Below are positions 28,188 through 37,708 of a stretch of 64,000 bases of DNA, piece after piece. How positions within the stretch are numbered: the first letter of the stretch is position 1; each line of letters opens with the position of its first letter. The translations under genes were made by a program, and so were the position numbers. This stretch comes from Candidatus Sericytochromatia bacterium (GTDB lineage: Bacteria; Cyanobacteriota; Sericytochromatia; S15B-MN24; UBA4093), in assembly GCA_036676495.1 (NCBI GenBank), contig JAKFCT010000028.1, positions 32,001 through 96,000 of the forward strand, in the 5' to 3' direction. Under the pieces are notes generated by a model. The model searched no databases and was not told where the DNA came from. It saw nothing but the letters and a program-made list of their open reading frames with translations.

Positions 28188-29288
28188 TTACTCGAAAAGC
28201 AAGGTCTCATCACCCTCGGCGAATCGCAGGACCAGGGCTCCGTCCGTGCGCTTCACCAGGGTGGCGAGCGTTTCTCCCGTCTTGGTGACGACCGAACCGG
28301 CTTGCACCTGCATGCCCGGGCGAATCGAGAGGACCAGGAAGCGCTCCAGCGGAAGGCTCACGCGCATCTCGGCCAGGTTCTTGCCGAAGTCGTAGACGTA
28401 CGTCAGGGGCCTGGCCTCGCGGCTTTCGGCCTTCCAGGTCCCAAGGCCAACCCCGTTGCCCGACACGTTCTTGTAGCTCAGGTCGAGCAGGGTTTCACCG
28501 AGCTGGATCCGCTCCTCGCCGACGGTGGGCAGGTCCACGCCACCGAACGTGGCGAAGGCGCTATGAGTCGCCTCGGCAGTCACGGGAAGGCCCCCGATCC
28601 GGTAGGAGGCCTTCGAGACGTAGCGTTGCGTCGGCTGGCCCATCGCGGCCGTGATCCAGACTTCGCTGGAGTACCCGTCGAGCACCGGGCTCTTGAGGAG
28701 CGAAATCTGGTAGTAGTTCGTGACGGGCCTTCCCCACGTGAAGGGGTCATCGCCCAGCTCCTCGAGGGTCACGGTCATCTTGCCGTGCACGAGGATCGCG
28801 TCATCGCTCACGTCGAAGCCCGAGGAGGCCGCATTGGGCTGCCGGGTGACGAAGGACTCGACGATCGTGTCTCCCTTGGCGGGGTCTCCGAGACGGTAGA
28901 GGTAGTTGCCGTCCGGCAATTGCTGCTCGTGGCTCGGCAAGGCCTCTCGCTGGGCGGCCACGCGGTAGGCGCCGCCCCCGTTGGAGATGAGGCCGCCCGT
29001 GTTATGGGCGACCAGGGGCGCGTTCTGAGTCAGGCCCGCCCCGTGATTGGAGAGGATCCCCGCCGAGTTGTCGGCGATGAGGGTCGCGGAGGTGAGGTTC
29101 ACCTGCTGGCGCGCCTGCTGCGTGGCGAGGAAGTCCCGGAAGACCTGGGTCATCTGGGTGCGGTCATCCGCGCTCAAGGAGGTGCGCTGTCCAGGGGCAT
29201 CCGAGTCTCGGTTCGAGCTTGCGATTGGAAAGTCACAGCCCGAAAGGGCGAGGCCCAACGCCAGCACGATCCCCCAACTCCACCGCAT
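28188..29288 (-). CDS. Hypothetical lipoprotein with short (L/I)xxNxGG-type repeats
   Basis: True start MRWSWGIVLALGLALSGC at 29288 after GGAGG; segment LIADNSAGILSNHGAGL...LVAHNTGGLISNGGGAY. Confidence 0.78.
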   Translation of the reverse strand: MRWSWGIVLALGLALSGCDFPIASSNRDSDAPGQRTSLSADDRTQMTQVFRDFLATQQARQQVNLTSATLIADNSAGILSNHGAGLTQNAPLVAHNTGGLISNGGGAYRVAAQREALPSHEQQLPDGNYLYRLGDPAKGDTIVESFVTRQPNAASSGFDVSDDAILVHGKMTVTLEELGDDPFTWGRPVTNYYQISLLKSPVLDGYSSEVWITAAMGQPTQRYVSKASYRIGGLPVTAEATHSAFATFGGVDLPTVGEERIQLGETLLDLSYKNVSGNGVGLGTWKAESREARPLTYVYDFGKNLAEMRVSLPLERFLVLSIRPGMQVQAGSVVTKTGETLATLVKRTDGALVLRFAEGDETLLFE

Positions 29289-29347
29289 CCCTGCACCTCC
29301 CTCGACGGCTCGATGTCCCTTGCTGGTTAGCATACCCTTGCTTGGCG

Positions 29348-30757
29348 TTATCGAACCGGCTCGCGCCGGCTCACGACCTCGATGAGCAAGCGGCCGATCT
29401 CCGCGTTCTCCTGGGGCTTCCGCAGGCGCTCGAGAAGCGGAGCGGGACCTACCGCCCCGATCAGGACCGGCGAGGCGACGTGGCTGGAGGTGGTGAAGCC
29501 GAAGGGCAGCACGTGCTGCTCGCCCGCGGCGATCGCCGCGGTCTCGTGGTAGTTGAAGCTGCGCATCCAGGCCTTCTTGGCCGCCACCCGCTCCACCCAC
29601 TCGCGCTCGACGTCGATTCCCGCATGCGACTTGATGATCCGCTGCGCCTCCTCGATCGAGGTCGCCTTCGAGAGCTCCGGAAGCATCGAATCGAACGAGC
29701 GCTCCACCCGCTCGAGCACCGTCATCCCGTCCGGCGACGGGTAACGGATCGAGCGCGGGTTCTCAGGCTTCTGCTGCCCGATGACCGTGAAGCCGCCCGT
29801 GTCATGATCCGAAGTGACGACCAGGAGGGTGTCGGGGTGCTGCTTCTGGAACTCCCAGGCCTTGGCGATCGCGTCGTCGAAGGCGAGCAGCTCGGCGATC
29901 GCCGCGGCTCCGTCGTTGGAATGCAGAGCATGGTCGATCTTGCCGCCCTCGACCATCAGGAAGAAGCCCTTGGGATGGCGATCCAGGACGTCCAGCGCCT
30001 TCTGGGTCATCTCGGCCAGGGAAGGCTCGGTATCCTTGGGCTTGTCGACCTGATACGAGAGGTGGTCCATGTTGAAGAGGCCGAGGATCTTCTCGCTCTT
30101 GCTCTCCAGCAGCTCGTGGCGGGTCCGGACCACCTGGTAGCCCTTGTTCCATGCCTCGGAGACCAGGTCGCGGTCGTCCTTGCGGCGGCTTCCCGCGAGA
30201 TCCTTGGGCAGGAAGTGGCGCGCGCCCCCACCCAGGAGCAGATCGACGCCCGAATCCAGCTGCTGCGCGGCGATGGCGTTCTCCTCGTCGCGGTCGTTCT
30301 GCAACGCCGAGAAGGCCGCCGGAGTGGCGTGCGAGATCCGGGTGGTGGTCACCAGCCCCACGCGCTTGCCGTTCAGCTTGGCCGCCTCCGAGACGGTCAG
30401 GAGATCCTGGTCCTCGGGGCCCATGCCGATGTAGCCGTTCTTCGTCTTGACGCCGGTGGCCAGCGTGGTCGCCGCGGCCGCCGAGTCCGTGATCATGGAG
30501 TTCGCCGATCCCGTGAAGGCCAGGCCCATGGCCCCCTCCTGGTAGAGCCGGGTCAAGGTGAGCGAGCGGCCGCGCTGGGTCCGGGACGCCAGTTCGGCGG
30601 CCCCCACGATGGGCAGCCCCATGCCGTCGCCGATCATCAGGATGACGTTGCGAACGCCCGGAGCGGGGGCATCCGCCTGGGAGGCCGCCGGCAAGGGCCA
30701 GAAGCCCGTCGCCAACGTGAGTCCAAGTGCGAGGGAAAGCCAGGGGCGAATGCGCAT
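29348..30757 (-). CDS. phoA: Alkaline phosphatase
   Basis: Sec signal; IGDGMG, TDSAAAAT (catalytic Ser), HATPA, EGGKIDHALH, TSDHDTGG. Confidence 0.93.
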   Translation of the reverse strand: MRIRPWLSLALGLTLATGFWPLPAASQADAPAPGVRNVILMIGDGMGLPIVGAAELASRTQRGRSLTLTRLYQEGAMGLAFTGSANSMITDSAAAATTLATGVKTKNGYIGMGPEDQDLLTVSEAAKLNGKRVGLVTTTRISHATPAAFSALQNDRDEENAIAAQQLDSGVDLLLGGGARHFLPKDLAGSRRKDDRDLVSEAWNKGYQVVRTRHELLESKSEKILGLFNMDHLSYQVDKPKDTEPSLAEMTQKALDVLDRHPKGFFLMVEGGKIDHALHSNDGAAAIAELLAFDDAIAKAWEFQKQHPDTLLVVTSDHDTGGFTVIGQQKPENPRSIRYPSPDGMTVLERVERSFDSMLPELSKATSIEEAQRIIKSHAGIDVEREWVERVAAKKAWMRSFNYHETAAIAAGEQHVLPFGFTTSSHVASPVLIGAVGPAPLLERLRKPQENAEIGRLLIEVVSRREPVR

Positions 30758-30828
30758 GGAATTAATTCTCCTAGACCATACGTTGCTTCAGGACAGCTTC
30801 GCTGCCTTTCGCAACAGCCGCGGGCGCT

Positions 30829-33000
30829 TCAGAGCTCCGAGACGCGCTGCTGGAACGTCAAGTTCCACGTGCCGCCAGGCGGCAAATCGAGCTTCCAGTG
30901 CGGCATGAAGACCGAGCCTTGATATACCCGCTCGAATCCCGACTCGGACATCGAGACCGTCTCGATCGGGAAGCGCCAGACCGTCGTGGACTTGTTCCAG
31001 GAAAGCAGGAACTCGATGCCCTGGACCTCATCCCGAGCGCCCAGCGCCCCGAGGTCATGCAGCTCGCCCTTGGACGCCAGGTGCGGCTCGGCAATCTCGC
31101 GGCCCGGCGACACGTAGATCCGGTCGTCGGAATGACCCGCCAGCAGGTTGAACGCAAACTCGACGCCGAACCAGAGCGACACCGGCAGGTCCCGCCCATT
31201 CGTCACCGCGTATTCCACCTGGGCTGTCGGGCCAATCTTCGGCACCGTCACCTTCTTGGCGATCGAGACGGGCCAGAAGTCCGTCCCCACCCAGACATGG
31301 CCGTCGCGAGTAAGGGTCAGGCTCGTCCCGTTGGCATCGCGCTCAATGGTCGGGCGGTAGTGCTGGTTGACGAAATCCCCCTGCTCGCCGTAGGTCACGT
31401 TGTAGAAGGTCTCCAGCCGCGAGTCCGGGTGCAGGAAGTGATCGATGAAGGAGATCCGGCGGTACCAGTCATGGAAGACCAACCGCTCGAGGCCCGGCTC
31501 CTTGGCGAAGTAGAGCTCATGCAGCGAATGGGGGACCCGATCCCGGGGGGGGCCCTCGGAGGCCCCGGCAATCTTGTTATGGTAGGGCTCCGGGCGTCGC
31601 GCCAAGGTGTCGATCAGGTTGAACGCCTTGGGCTTGAAATCCAGCTCGAAGAGCGCACCGCCCTCCCGCCGGAAATAGAGGTTCTGGGACGCCGTCGAGA
31701 TGAGGATCTCGGGGGCCCCGTCGCAGTCGAAGTCCCGCTCGGAGATCTCGCAGAACTCCCGCCCCTCGTGAAGGATCCGGTCCGCGATGGTCTCGGCGTT
31801 CAGGAGGTTCTGGTAGCTGGTCGAGCGAAGATGGCTCAGGTACAAGCCCCCGAAGGTCCCGTGCCAGTAGGGGTCGTTGGTCTGCGCCTGATAAAGAGAG
31901 GTGACGGCCTCGTCGAGCGACTGGGAGGCTTCGGCTCCCAGCGCATGCGCCGGCACCGGGTTTTTGACCTCGCTGGCCGCGGCCACCTTGCTGGAGACCA
32001 AGAGCATCTTCTTGTGGAGGTTGTTGCTCTCCGGGTACTTCACCAGGAAGTTGCGCCAGGCCCCGCCGCGCAGGAAGTCCTGGTAGCGCGAGTCCACTTC
32101 ATGCCGGGCATGCTGGAAGACTCCCACCAGGTCCGTGGGCAAGGCCCATTCCTGCATCTGGGCGTAAGAGCAGGAGGGGATATAGATGCGGCCCCACGGG
32201 CGACGGTTGCGCCGGTAATCCCGCAGCGTGGTCATCGAGATCCACTCGGCGTTGTCCTCGAGCAGGGTGAAGAAGCGATCCAGCCAGCCCTCGGAGTAGA
32301 CGAGCTGATAGGTATTGGGCCAGCGCCCCAGCTTCTCGCCGTCGTCCAGGCAAACCGCGATTCGTCCGCCATCCGGGGTCGCGAAGGAGCGCAGGGTCTC
32401 GATGACCTTCTCGGGCGAGGCGAAGGGGATCATGCTGCGTAGCTGGGAGTTCAGGGCGAAGATCTCGATGGTCCGGCCCTGTTCTTCGCTCTGGTAGTAG
32501 CCGAAGAGTTCGGCGCCGCGCAGGCCCGCGGCCTTGAAGTGGACGTCGTCGAGCACGGTGTAATGGGCCCCGGCCTCGGCGATGGGCTTGACCAGATGCG
32601 GCTCCCAGACCCGTTCGGCCAGCCAGAGACCCTCGGGACGATCGCCCGTGAGCGTGTCGATGCGCGAGGACAGCCGCCGGATCTGTCCGAGCTTGTCCTC
32701 ATCGGGGATCGCCGCCAGGATCGGCTCGTAGTAGGCCCCCGTCAGCAGCTCGAGCTGCCCGCGCTTCACCAGCGTCGAGAGCTTGGCGATGAACTCGGGG
32801 TGACGCTCGCTCAGCCACTCGAGCAGAAAGCCCGTGTAGTGGATGCTGGTCCGAATGCCCGAATGACGCTCGAGAATCTCGATGAAGGGCAGGTAGGCGC
32901 GCTGGTAGGACTCCTCGATCACCGTGTCCCAATTGCCCACGGGCTGGTGGTTATGCACCCCGAAGGCGAAGTTAATCTTCGGTTGATCGGACAGAAGCAT
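30829..33000 (-). CDS. GH57 4-alpha-glucanotransferase / alpha-amylase (DUF1925/DUF1926 type)
   Basis: HNHQPVGN, GLWLAERVWEP, DDGEKLG.WP, WRNFLVKYPESN, NDPYWHG.FGG. Confidence 0.92.
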   Translation of the reverse strand: MLLSDQPKINFAFGVHNHQPVGNWDTVIEESYQRAYLPFIEILERHSGIRTSIHYTGFLLEWLSERHPEFIAKLSTLVKRGQLELLTGAYYEPILAAIPDEDKLGQIRRLSSRIDTLTGDRPEGLWLAERVWEPHLVKPIAEAGAHYTVLDDVHFKAAGLRGAELFGYYQSEEQGRTIEIFALNSQLRSMIPFASPEKVIETLRSFATPDGGRIAVCLDDGEKLGRWPNTYQLVYSEGWLDRFFTLLEDNAEWISMTTLRDYRRNRRPWGRIYIPSCSYAQMQEWALPTDLVGVFQHARHEVDSRYQDFLRGGAWRNFLVKYPESNNLHKKMLLVSSKVAAASEVKNPVPAHALGAEASQSLDEAVTSLYQAQTNDPYWHGTFGGLYLSHLRSTSYQNLLNAETIADRILHEGREFCEISERDFDCDGAPEILISTASQNLYFRREGGALFELDFKPKAFNLIDTLARRPEPYHNKIAGASEGPPRDRVPHSLHELYFAKEPGLERLVFHDWYRRISFIDHFLHPDSRLETFYNVTYGEQGDFVNQHYRPTIERDANGTSLTLTRDGHVWVGTDFWPVSIAKKVTVPKIGPTAQVEYAVTNGRDLPVSLWFGVEFAFNLLAGHSDDRIYVSPGREIAEPHLASKGELHDLGALGARDEVQGIEFLLSWNKSTTVWRFPIETVSMSESGFERVYQGSVFMPHWKLDLPPGGTWNLTFQQRVSEL

Positions 33001-33070
33001 GAAAGGTCCTCAGGCGGTGAAATGGTCGCTTCCACTATACCACCCAGGCCTCCGTGTCGCCAGTCGAAGG

Positions 33071-34744
33071 CTAGCTGCCCTGACGGCGGCGAAAGAGGCG
33101 GTAATCCAGGCCCTCGAAGGGATTGTCGAGATCCTCGTAACGCTGCAACAGGCCGGCCGAGATGCCGGAATGGCCCACGGGCCCCGCGTGACTCGCCGTC
33201 GGATGAGGCTCCCAGTCCCGCAGCATGGCGGCCAGGACGTCGAAGCGCGTCTGATGTTCCCGGAAGCGCTCGATGGCATAGTCCTTCGCCTGCCCGGTCG
33301 TCACCAGGAACGGCCAATCGCTCGACTGCAGCAGCAAGAGCTCGCGGCCCAGCTGATCGAGCGTCCTGCGGAGCAAGGGATCCGGGGCCTCCTCGAAGCG
33401 ATCGGCGAGGAGTTCCATCTCGCGCTCCCGCTCATGGATCAGCGGCCAGATCCACTTGACCTGATCGTTGTTCCAGACCCAGAAATGGCCCCCCGCTCCC
33501 CAGGTGCTCTCCGGCATGCGAATGGCGGCATCTGGAGGCAACGCCTCCAGGGCTTCGGAAACCGACGTCAGCACGACATCCTTTTGCTCGCAGAGGGATC
33601 TGACGACCTGCTCCAGCCACTCCACCCCCTCGAACCACCAGTGTCCGAAGAGCTCGGTATCGAAGGGAATGGCCAGCAGGCCCTGCCGGTTGTTGTGAAG
33701 CTGATGCTCCTTCAACATGCCCGTCAGCATCTCGGCGTAATGCTTGGCATGCTCGCGGACGCGCTGCATGGCCGCCCGTGGGTCGTAGACCTCTTTGTCG
33801 GCCAGATCCACTCCCTTGCCGCTGAGGCGCCAGTATTGAAGCCCGGACTGCTCGTCCTTCTTGTGGAACTCCCGGTAGAGCGGGTCTCCCGGATACCCGT
33901 TTTCCGCCGACCAGACCTGGTAGCCGGCCCGCTGATTGCGCGCCACGACCGCGACCGAGCTGCCGTCTAGGGTATAGGGCCGAAACGTCGTGAGCCCGGT
34001 CTGAGGCACCTGAGGCCCCGAGGGGACCGACAGGGACGCATAAGGGCCGAATCCGGGCCGCCAGCCCGCCACCTGGCTTCCCTCCACCGCATGGGTGTCC
34101 ACCACGAAGAACTGCAACCCCTCCTCCTCGAGAAAGCGCTCGAGGCCGGGGCGATCGCCCTCCGCGGGACGGTAGGCACACTCGGGAAGCCAGATCCCGC
34201 GCGGAGCGCGCCCAAAATGCTTGCGATAGGTGGTCACACCCACGCGAAACTGGGCGTGAAGGCTGGAATCCCGGCTCAAGAGGGGCGAGAAGCCATGGGT
34301 GGCAGCGGAGGTGATGAGCTCGATGGCGCCCTTGTCCTGGAGGTCGCGGAATCCCTTGAGCACGTTGCGGTCGTAACGCTCCCGGAAGGCCTGGAGCTGG
34401 GAGGCGTACCAGAGCCGGTACTCGGACGCGAGCTCGCGGCGGGGATCCCCGGGGGCGAAGCGCGCGATGTCACGGTCGGCCGCCATCGTCCGGCGGATGA
34501 CGTAGTCCTCGAAGCCGGCCTGCAGGTACGGATCGGCCAGTTGCTCGGCGAGGATGGGGGTGATGCCGAGGGTGAAGCGCGCCATGAGGCCTTCGGAGGT
34601 CAGGCGGTCCAGCACGGTCAGCAGGGGGAGGTAGGTCTCGGCGATCGCCTCGTAGAGGTTCTCTTCCCCGAAGGGCCACATGCCCGCCTTGCGGTAGTAG
34701 GGCAAGTGCGAATGCAGGATGAGGGCGACGAATCCGGCCGACAT
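33071..34744 (-). CDS. GH57 1,4-alpha-glucan branching enzyme (DUF1957 type)
   Basis: LHSHLPY, GIWLPECAY, YREFHK, PFDTELFGHWWFEG, LLQSSDWPF. Confidence 0.92.
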   Translation of the reverse strand: MSAGFVALILHSHLPYYRKAGMWPFGEENLYEAIAETYLPLLTVLDRLTSEGLMARFTLGITPILAEQLADPYLQAGFEDYVIRRTMAADRDIARFAPGDPRRELASEYRLWYASQLQAFRERYDRNVLKGFRDLQDKGAIELITSAATHGFSPLLSRDSSLHAQFRVGVTTYRKHFGRAPRGIWLPECAYRPAEGDRPGLERFLEEEGLQFFVVDTHAVEGSQVAGWRPGFGPYASLSVPSGPQVPQTGLTTFRPYTLDGSSVAVVARNQRAGYQVWSAENGYPGDPLYREFHKKDEQSGLQYWRLSGKGVDLADKEVYDPRAAMQRVREHAKHYAEMLTGMLKEHQLHNNRQGLLAIPFDTELFGHWWFEGVEWLEQVVRSLCEQKDVVLTSVSEALEALPPDAAIRMPESTWGAGGHFWVWNNDQVKWIWPLIHEREREMELLADRFEEAPDPLLRRTLDQLGRELLLLQSSDWPFLVTTGQAKDYAIERFREHQTRFDVLAAMLRDWEPHPTASHAGPVGHSGISAGLLQRYEDLDNPFEGLDYRLFRRRQGS

Positions 34745-34833
34745 GGCTCACCTCCATTACGAAATGTGAACCCCCTCAGCATACCATGCGGCCCTTGCGG
34801 GAGGGCCCGACCGAACGCCATGCGGCCAAAACT

Positions 34834-34868
34834 AAAACGGGCCGGAGAGCAAGCTCTCCGGCCCGTTT
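34834..34868 (-). terminator. Intrinsic terminator
   Basis: aaacgggccggagagc-aa-gctctccggcccgttt perfect inverted repeat. Confidence 0.75.
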
Positions 34869-34870
34869 CG

Positions 34871-35362
34871 TTAGCGCTTCGACGCGATGAGCCCCAAGCT
34901 GCCCATCAACGCCAAACCGCTCACGCTCAAGGGCGCCAGGGGGGGCGGCCCGTGCTTCTCTTCCTTCTTGCCCTCGCGGTGCTCGGAGGCTTCCTCGCCC
35001 TCATGCGCATCATAATCCGCCTTCTGGACGACCAGCCCGCTCTCCTGGCGAGCCCGCTCCGCCTTCTCGCGGTGCTCCTGGGCTTCCTCCAGGTGTTCGT
35101 AGACGCCGAACAAGCCGCCGGCCGCCACCACGATCAGCAGTCCCGCCAGCACCTTGCGCAACCGGGGGCCGACCATGACCCCGAGGGCCACTGCCACCAT
35201 GCCGATCCCGGTCAGCACGACCCCGATGTTCTGGCTCTTCTCCGTATGGTTCATCAAGAGAAGCTCGCCCAGGGTCAAGGCGAAGCCCCCAGCCACCATC
35301 ACCGCCACCATCTCCGGGAACCGCTCCTGGAGCAAGGATCCTTTCGTCTCCGTCGCGTTCAT
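34871..35362 (-). CDS. Hypothetical membrane protein (about 4 TM) with C-terminal PPPLAPL motif
   Basis: Hydrophobic segments flank an E/H/K-rich loop; follows the PepSY gene; AAAGGA RBS. Confidence 0.72.
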   Translation of the reverse strand: MNATETKGSLLQERFPEMVAVMVAGGFALTLGELLLMNHTEKSQNIGVVLTGIGMVAVALGVMVGPRLRKVLAGLLIVVAAGGLFGVYEHLEEAQEHREKAERARQESGLVVQKADYDAHEGEEASEHREGKKEEKHGPPPLAPLSVSGLALMGSLGLIASKR

Positions 35363-35373
35363 GATCGTTCCTT

Positions 35374-35667
35374 TCACTTCGTCCTACGCGGCCGCTCCAT
35401 CACGAGGCCGGTTCGCGCGTTGACCAGGACCTCCCGATCGTTCTCGAACTCCACCTCGTAAACGGGCTCGCCTGCGTAGGCCTTGAGGCAAATTTCCTTG
35501 ACGCGCCCTTTCTCCTGGGCCTTGGCCGCCTTGACGGCCTGGGCCGGAGTGATCGTCACCTTGTCTGCCAAGGCGTCGAGCGCAACGTCCTGGGTCCGGT
35601 CACTCGCCATCGCGGGACTCGCGACCATGAGCGCCCCCAGTAGAAGCATCAGCCAGCTTTTTTTCAT
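35374..35667 (-). CDS. Secreted PepSY-domain protein
   Basis: Signal peptide ending AMA; IT..QAVKAA...G.V.EI.L......VYEVE.....EV.VNARTG. Confidence 0.85.
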   Translation of the reverse strand: MKKSWLMLLLGALMVASPAMASDRTQDVALDALADKVTITPAQAVKAAKAQEKGRVKEICLKAYAGEPVYEVEFENDREVLVNARTGLVMERPRRTK

Positions 35668-35737
35668 CCCGCGCTCCCTTCTGTTTCACGCTGCTGTCTT
35701 CAGCTTAGCCGGGAAGCGTGAAATAAACAGGAAAAAA

Positions 35738-37030
35738 TCAGGCGCGGGGAAGCCAGAGCGTGAAGGCCGTTTGACCGGGCTGGGATTCCAGGGTCACGTC
35801 GCCTCCATGGGCGCGCGCCACCGCCCGAGCGATCGCGAGGCCGAGGCCGGATCCCTCAGGACTGGCTCCCCGGGCCTCCTCCAGGCGGACGAAGCGCTCG
35901 AAGATCCGCTCATGCTCGGAAGCGGGGATCTCCGGCCCCGGGTCGCTCACCGTCAAGGCCAGGCGCCCCCCGCGATCCTTCAGGGAAACCGCGATCGCCG
36001 CCGGAGCCCGGGTGTAGCGAACGGCATTTTCCAGGAGGTTGCGCACGGCCTGGGCGACGCGCGCGGGCTCGCCCCGAACGGTGGATTGAGCGGTCATCGA
36101 GACGAACTCGAGGCTCAGGCCCCGCTCCACGGCGAGCGCCTGCAATGCCTCCAGCTCCTCCTCCACCAGCTCCTCCAGGGAGAAGGGGACGGCGGCATCG
36201 CGAATGCCCACATCGCTCCTTCCCAAGGTCAGCAGATCGCCCACGAGGAAGGCCATCCGACGCGCACTGCGCTCGATCACCTTGAGCTTCTCGGCCGCGG
36301 AGGCCGGGAGCTGCGGGTCGGCCAGCGCGAGCTGGGCATGCGTGAGCACGACCGAGAGCGGCGTGCGCAACTCATGGGAGGCGTCGCGGGTGAACTGGCG
36401 TTCCCGCTCGAAGGCTCCCTCGACGGGTTTGACGGCGCGGCGGGCCAGCCAGCTGCCGCCGAGATAAGCCAAGCCGATGGCCAGCGGCGCCATCACGGCC
36501 AGGCCCAGCGCCAGGCTGGCGAGCGAGCGCTCCGGGCCGATCAGGGACTGGCCGACGCGCAAGTAGCCGACGATCTCGCCGTCCACCGCCAAGGGCAGGA
36601 CCAAGAGGCGCATGGGATCGTCTCCCCGCTGCGTGTACGCGCCCGGGTGCAGCTCGGGCTCGGGGTCGAGTTGCACCCCGCGGGCATAAAGGACGCGTCC
36701 CTTGCGCGTCAACAGCGCCAGGTGCTCACGGTCTCCGATCGCGACCTCCGAGAGCTCGTGCATGACCTCGGAGTAGCTCTCATGGCCATGGACGAACGCG
36801 TTGAGAACGGGCGAGAGCATGCGCCCGTTGACATGGTCGAGCCCGTTGATGAGGGTGAAGCGAAAGAGCGAATAGGCGCCGAGTCCGTACAGGGCAAGGA
36901 CGGCGACCAGCACGATGAGGTAGAATGCGGTAAGCCGCCTCCTGAGGGACTTCAAAAGGGCTTCCGCCGGGTTGCCCGAAACGGACGGGGCTTGGAGAGC
37001 CGCACGCCAACGGCCCGGGGCCTCACGCAT
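35738..37030 (-). CDS. Two-component sensor histidine kinase
   Basis: Two TM helices; FTRDASHELRTPL, NLLENAVRY, DPGPEI, GSGLGLAI. Confidence 0.92.
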   Translation of the reverse strand: MREAPGRWRAALQAPSVSGNPAEALLKSLRRRLTAFYLIVLVAVLALYGLGAYSLFRFTLINGLDHVNGRMLSPVLNAFVHGHESYSEVMHELSEVAIGDREHLALLTRKGRVLYARGVQLDPEPELHPGAYTQRGDDPMRLLVLPLAVDGEIVGYLRVGQSLIGPERSLASLALGLAVMAPLAIGLAYLGGSWLARRAVKPVEGAFERERQFTRDASHELRTPLSVVLTHAQLALADPQLPASAAEKLKVIERSARRMAFLVGDLLTLGRSDVGIRDAAVPFSLEELVEEELEALQALAVERGLSLEFVSMTAQSTVRGEPARVAQAVRNLLENAVRYTRAPAAIAVSLKDRGGRLALTVSDPGPEIPASEHERIFERFVRLEEARGASPEGSGLGLAIARAVARAHGGDVTLESQPGQTAFTLWLPRA

Positions 37031-37706
37031 CGTGAGCCCCAGGGTTCATGCGGTAACCGATCCCATGCACGGTCTCGATCAGGCGCGGTTCTTGCTGGTC
37101 GCGGAGCGCCTTGCGGAGCAGCTTGACGTGCGCTCGGATGACTTCGGGATCCGGCTCGGCCTCCATGTCCCAGAGGTGCTCGAGGATGCGCTCCCGGGGG
37201 ACGATCCGGCCGGCGTTCCGCATCAGGACCTCGAGGAGCGCGCGCTCCTTGCGGGCCAGCCGGACGGGCTCGCCGGCGCGCAGGACCTCTCCGGAGGCCG
37301 GATCCAGCGAAAGATCCCCGACCCGCAGCACGGCCTCCTTGTGGGGAGAGCGGCGGCGCAGGAGGGCTCGCACCCGGGCCAGCAGCTCGTCCAACTCGAA
37401 CGGCTTGACCATGTAGTCGTCCGCGCCGGCATCGAGGCCCGCGACCTTGTCGGAAAGGGTATCGCGCGCGGTGAGCATCAGAATGGGCAGATCCAGGCCG
37501 CGCAGGCGGGCCTGGCGGCAGACGTCCAGGCCGGATTGCCGGGGCAAGGTGACGTCCAGGACGGCCAGGTCGTAAGGATAGGCTGCGAACAGCTCCTGGG
37601 CCTGCTCTCCGTCGTCGGCGACGTCCACGGCATGGCCGATGCCCGCGAGGGCCTCGCGCAGAGCGGCGGCGAGCGCCGGCTCGTCCTCGACAATCAGGAC
37701 GCGCAT
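37023..37706 (-). CDS. OmpR-family response regulator
   Basis: MRVLIVEDE, LDVTLP, GLDAGADDY.VKPF, winged-helix IETVHGIGY. Confidence 0.95.
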   Translation of the reverse strand: MRVLIVEDEPALAAALREALAGIGHAVDVADDGEQAQELFAAYPYDLAVLDVTLPRQSGLDVCRQARLRGLDLPILMLTARDTLSDKVAGLDAGADDYMVKPFELDELLARVRALLRRRSPHKEAVLRVGDLSLDPASGEVLRAGEPVRLARKERALLEVLMRNAGRIVPRERILEHLWDMEAEPDPEVIRAHVKLLRKALRDQQEPRLIETVHGIGYRMNPGAHDA

Positions 37707-37708
37707 GG

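Noticed and set aside
30758-30828. Pho box upstream of alkaline phosphatase (a Na/Pi transporter is nearby)
   Set aside because: Only one CTGTCCT half-site and no 11-bp-spaced partner
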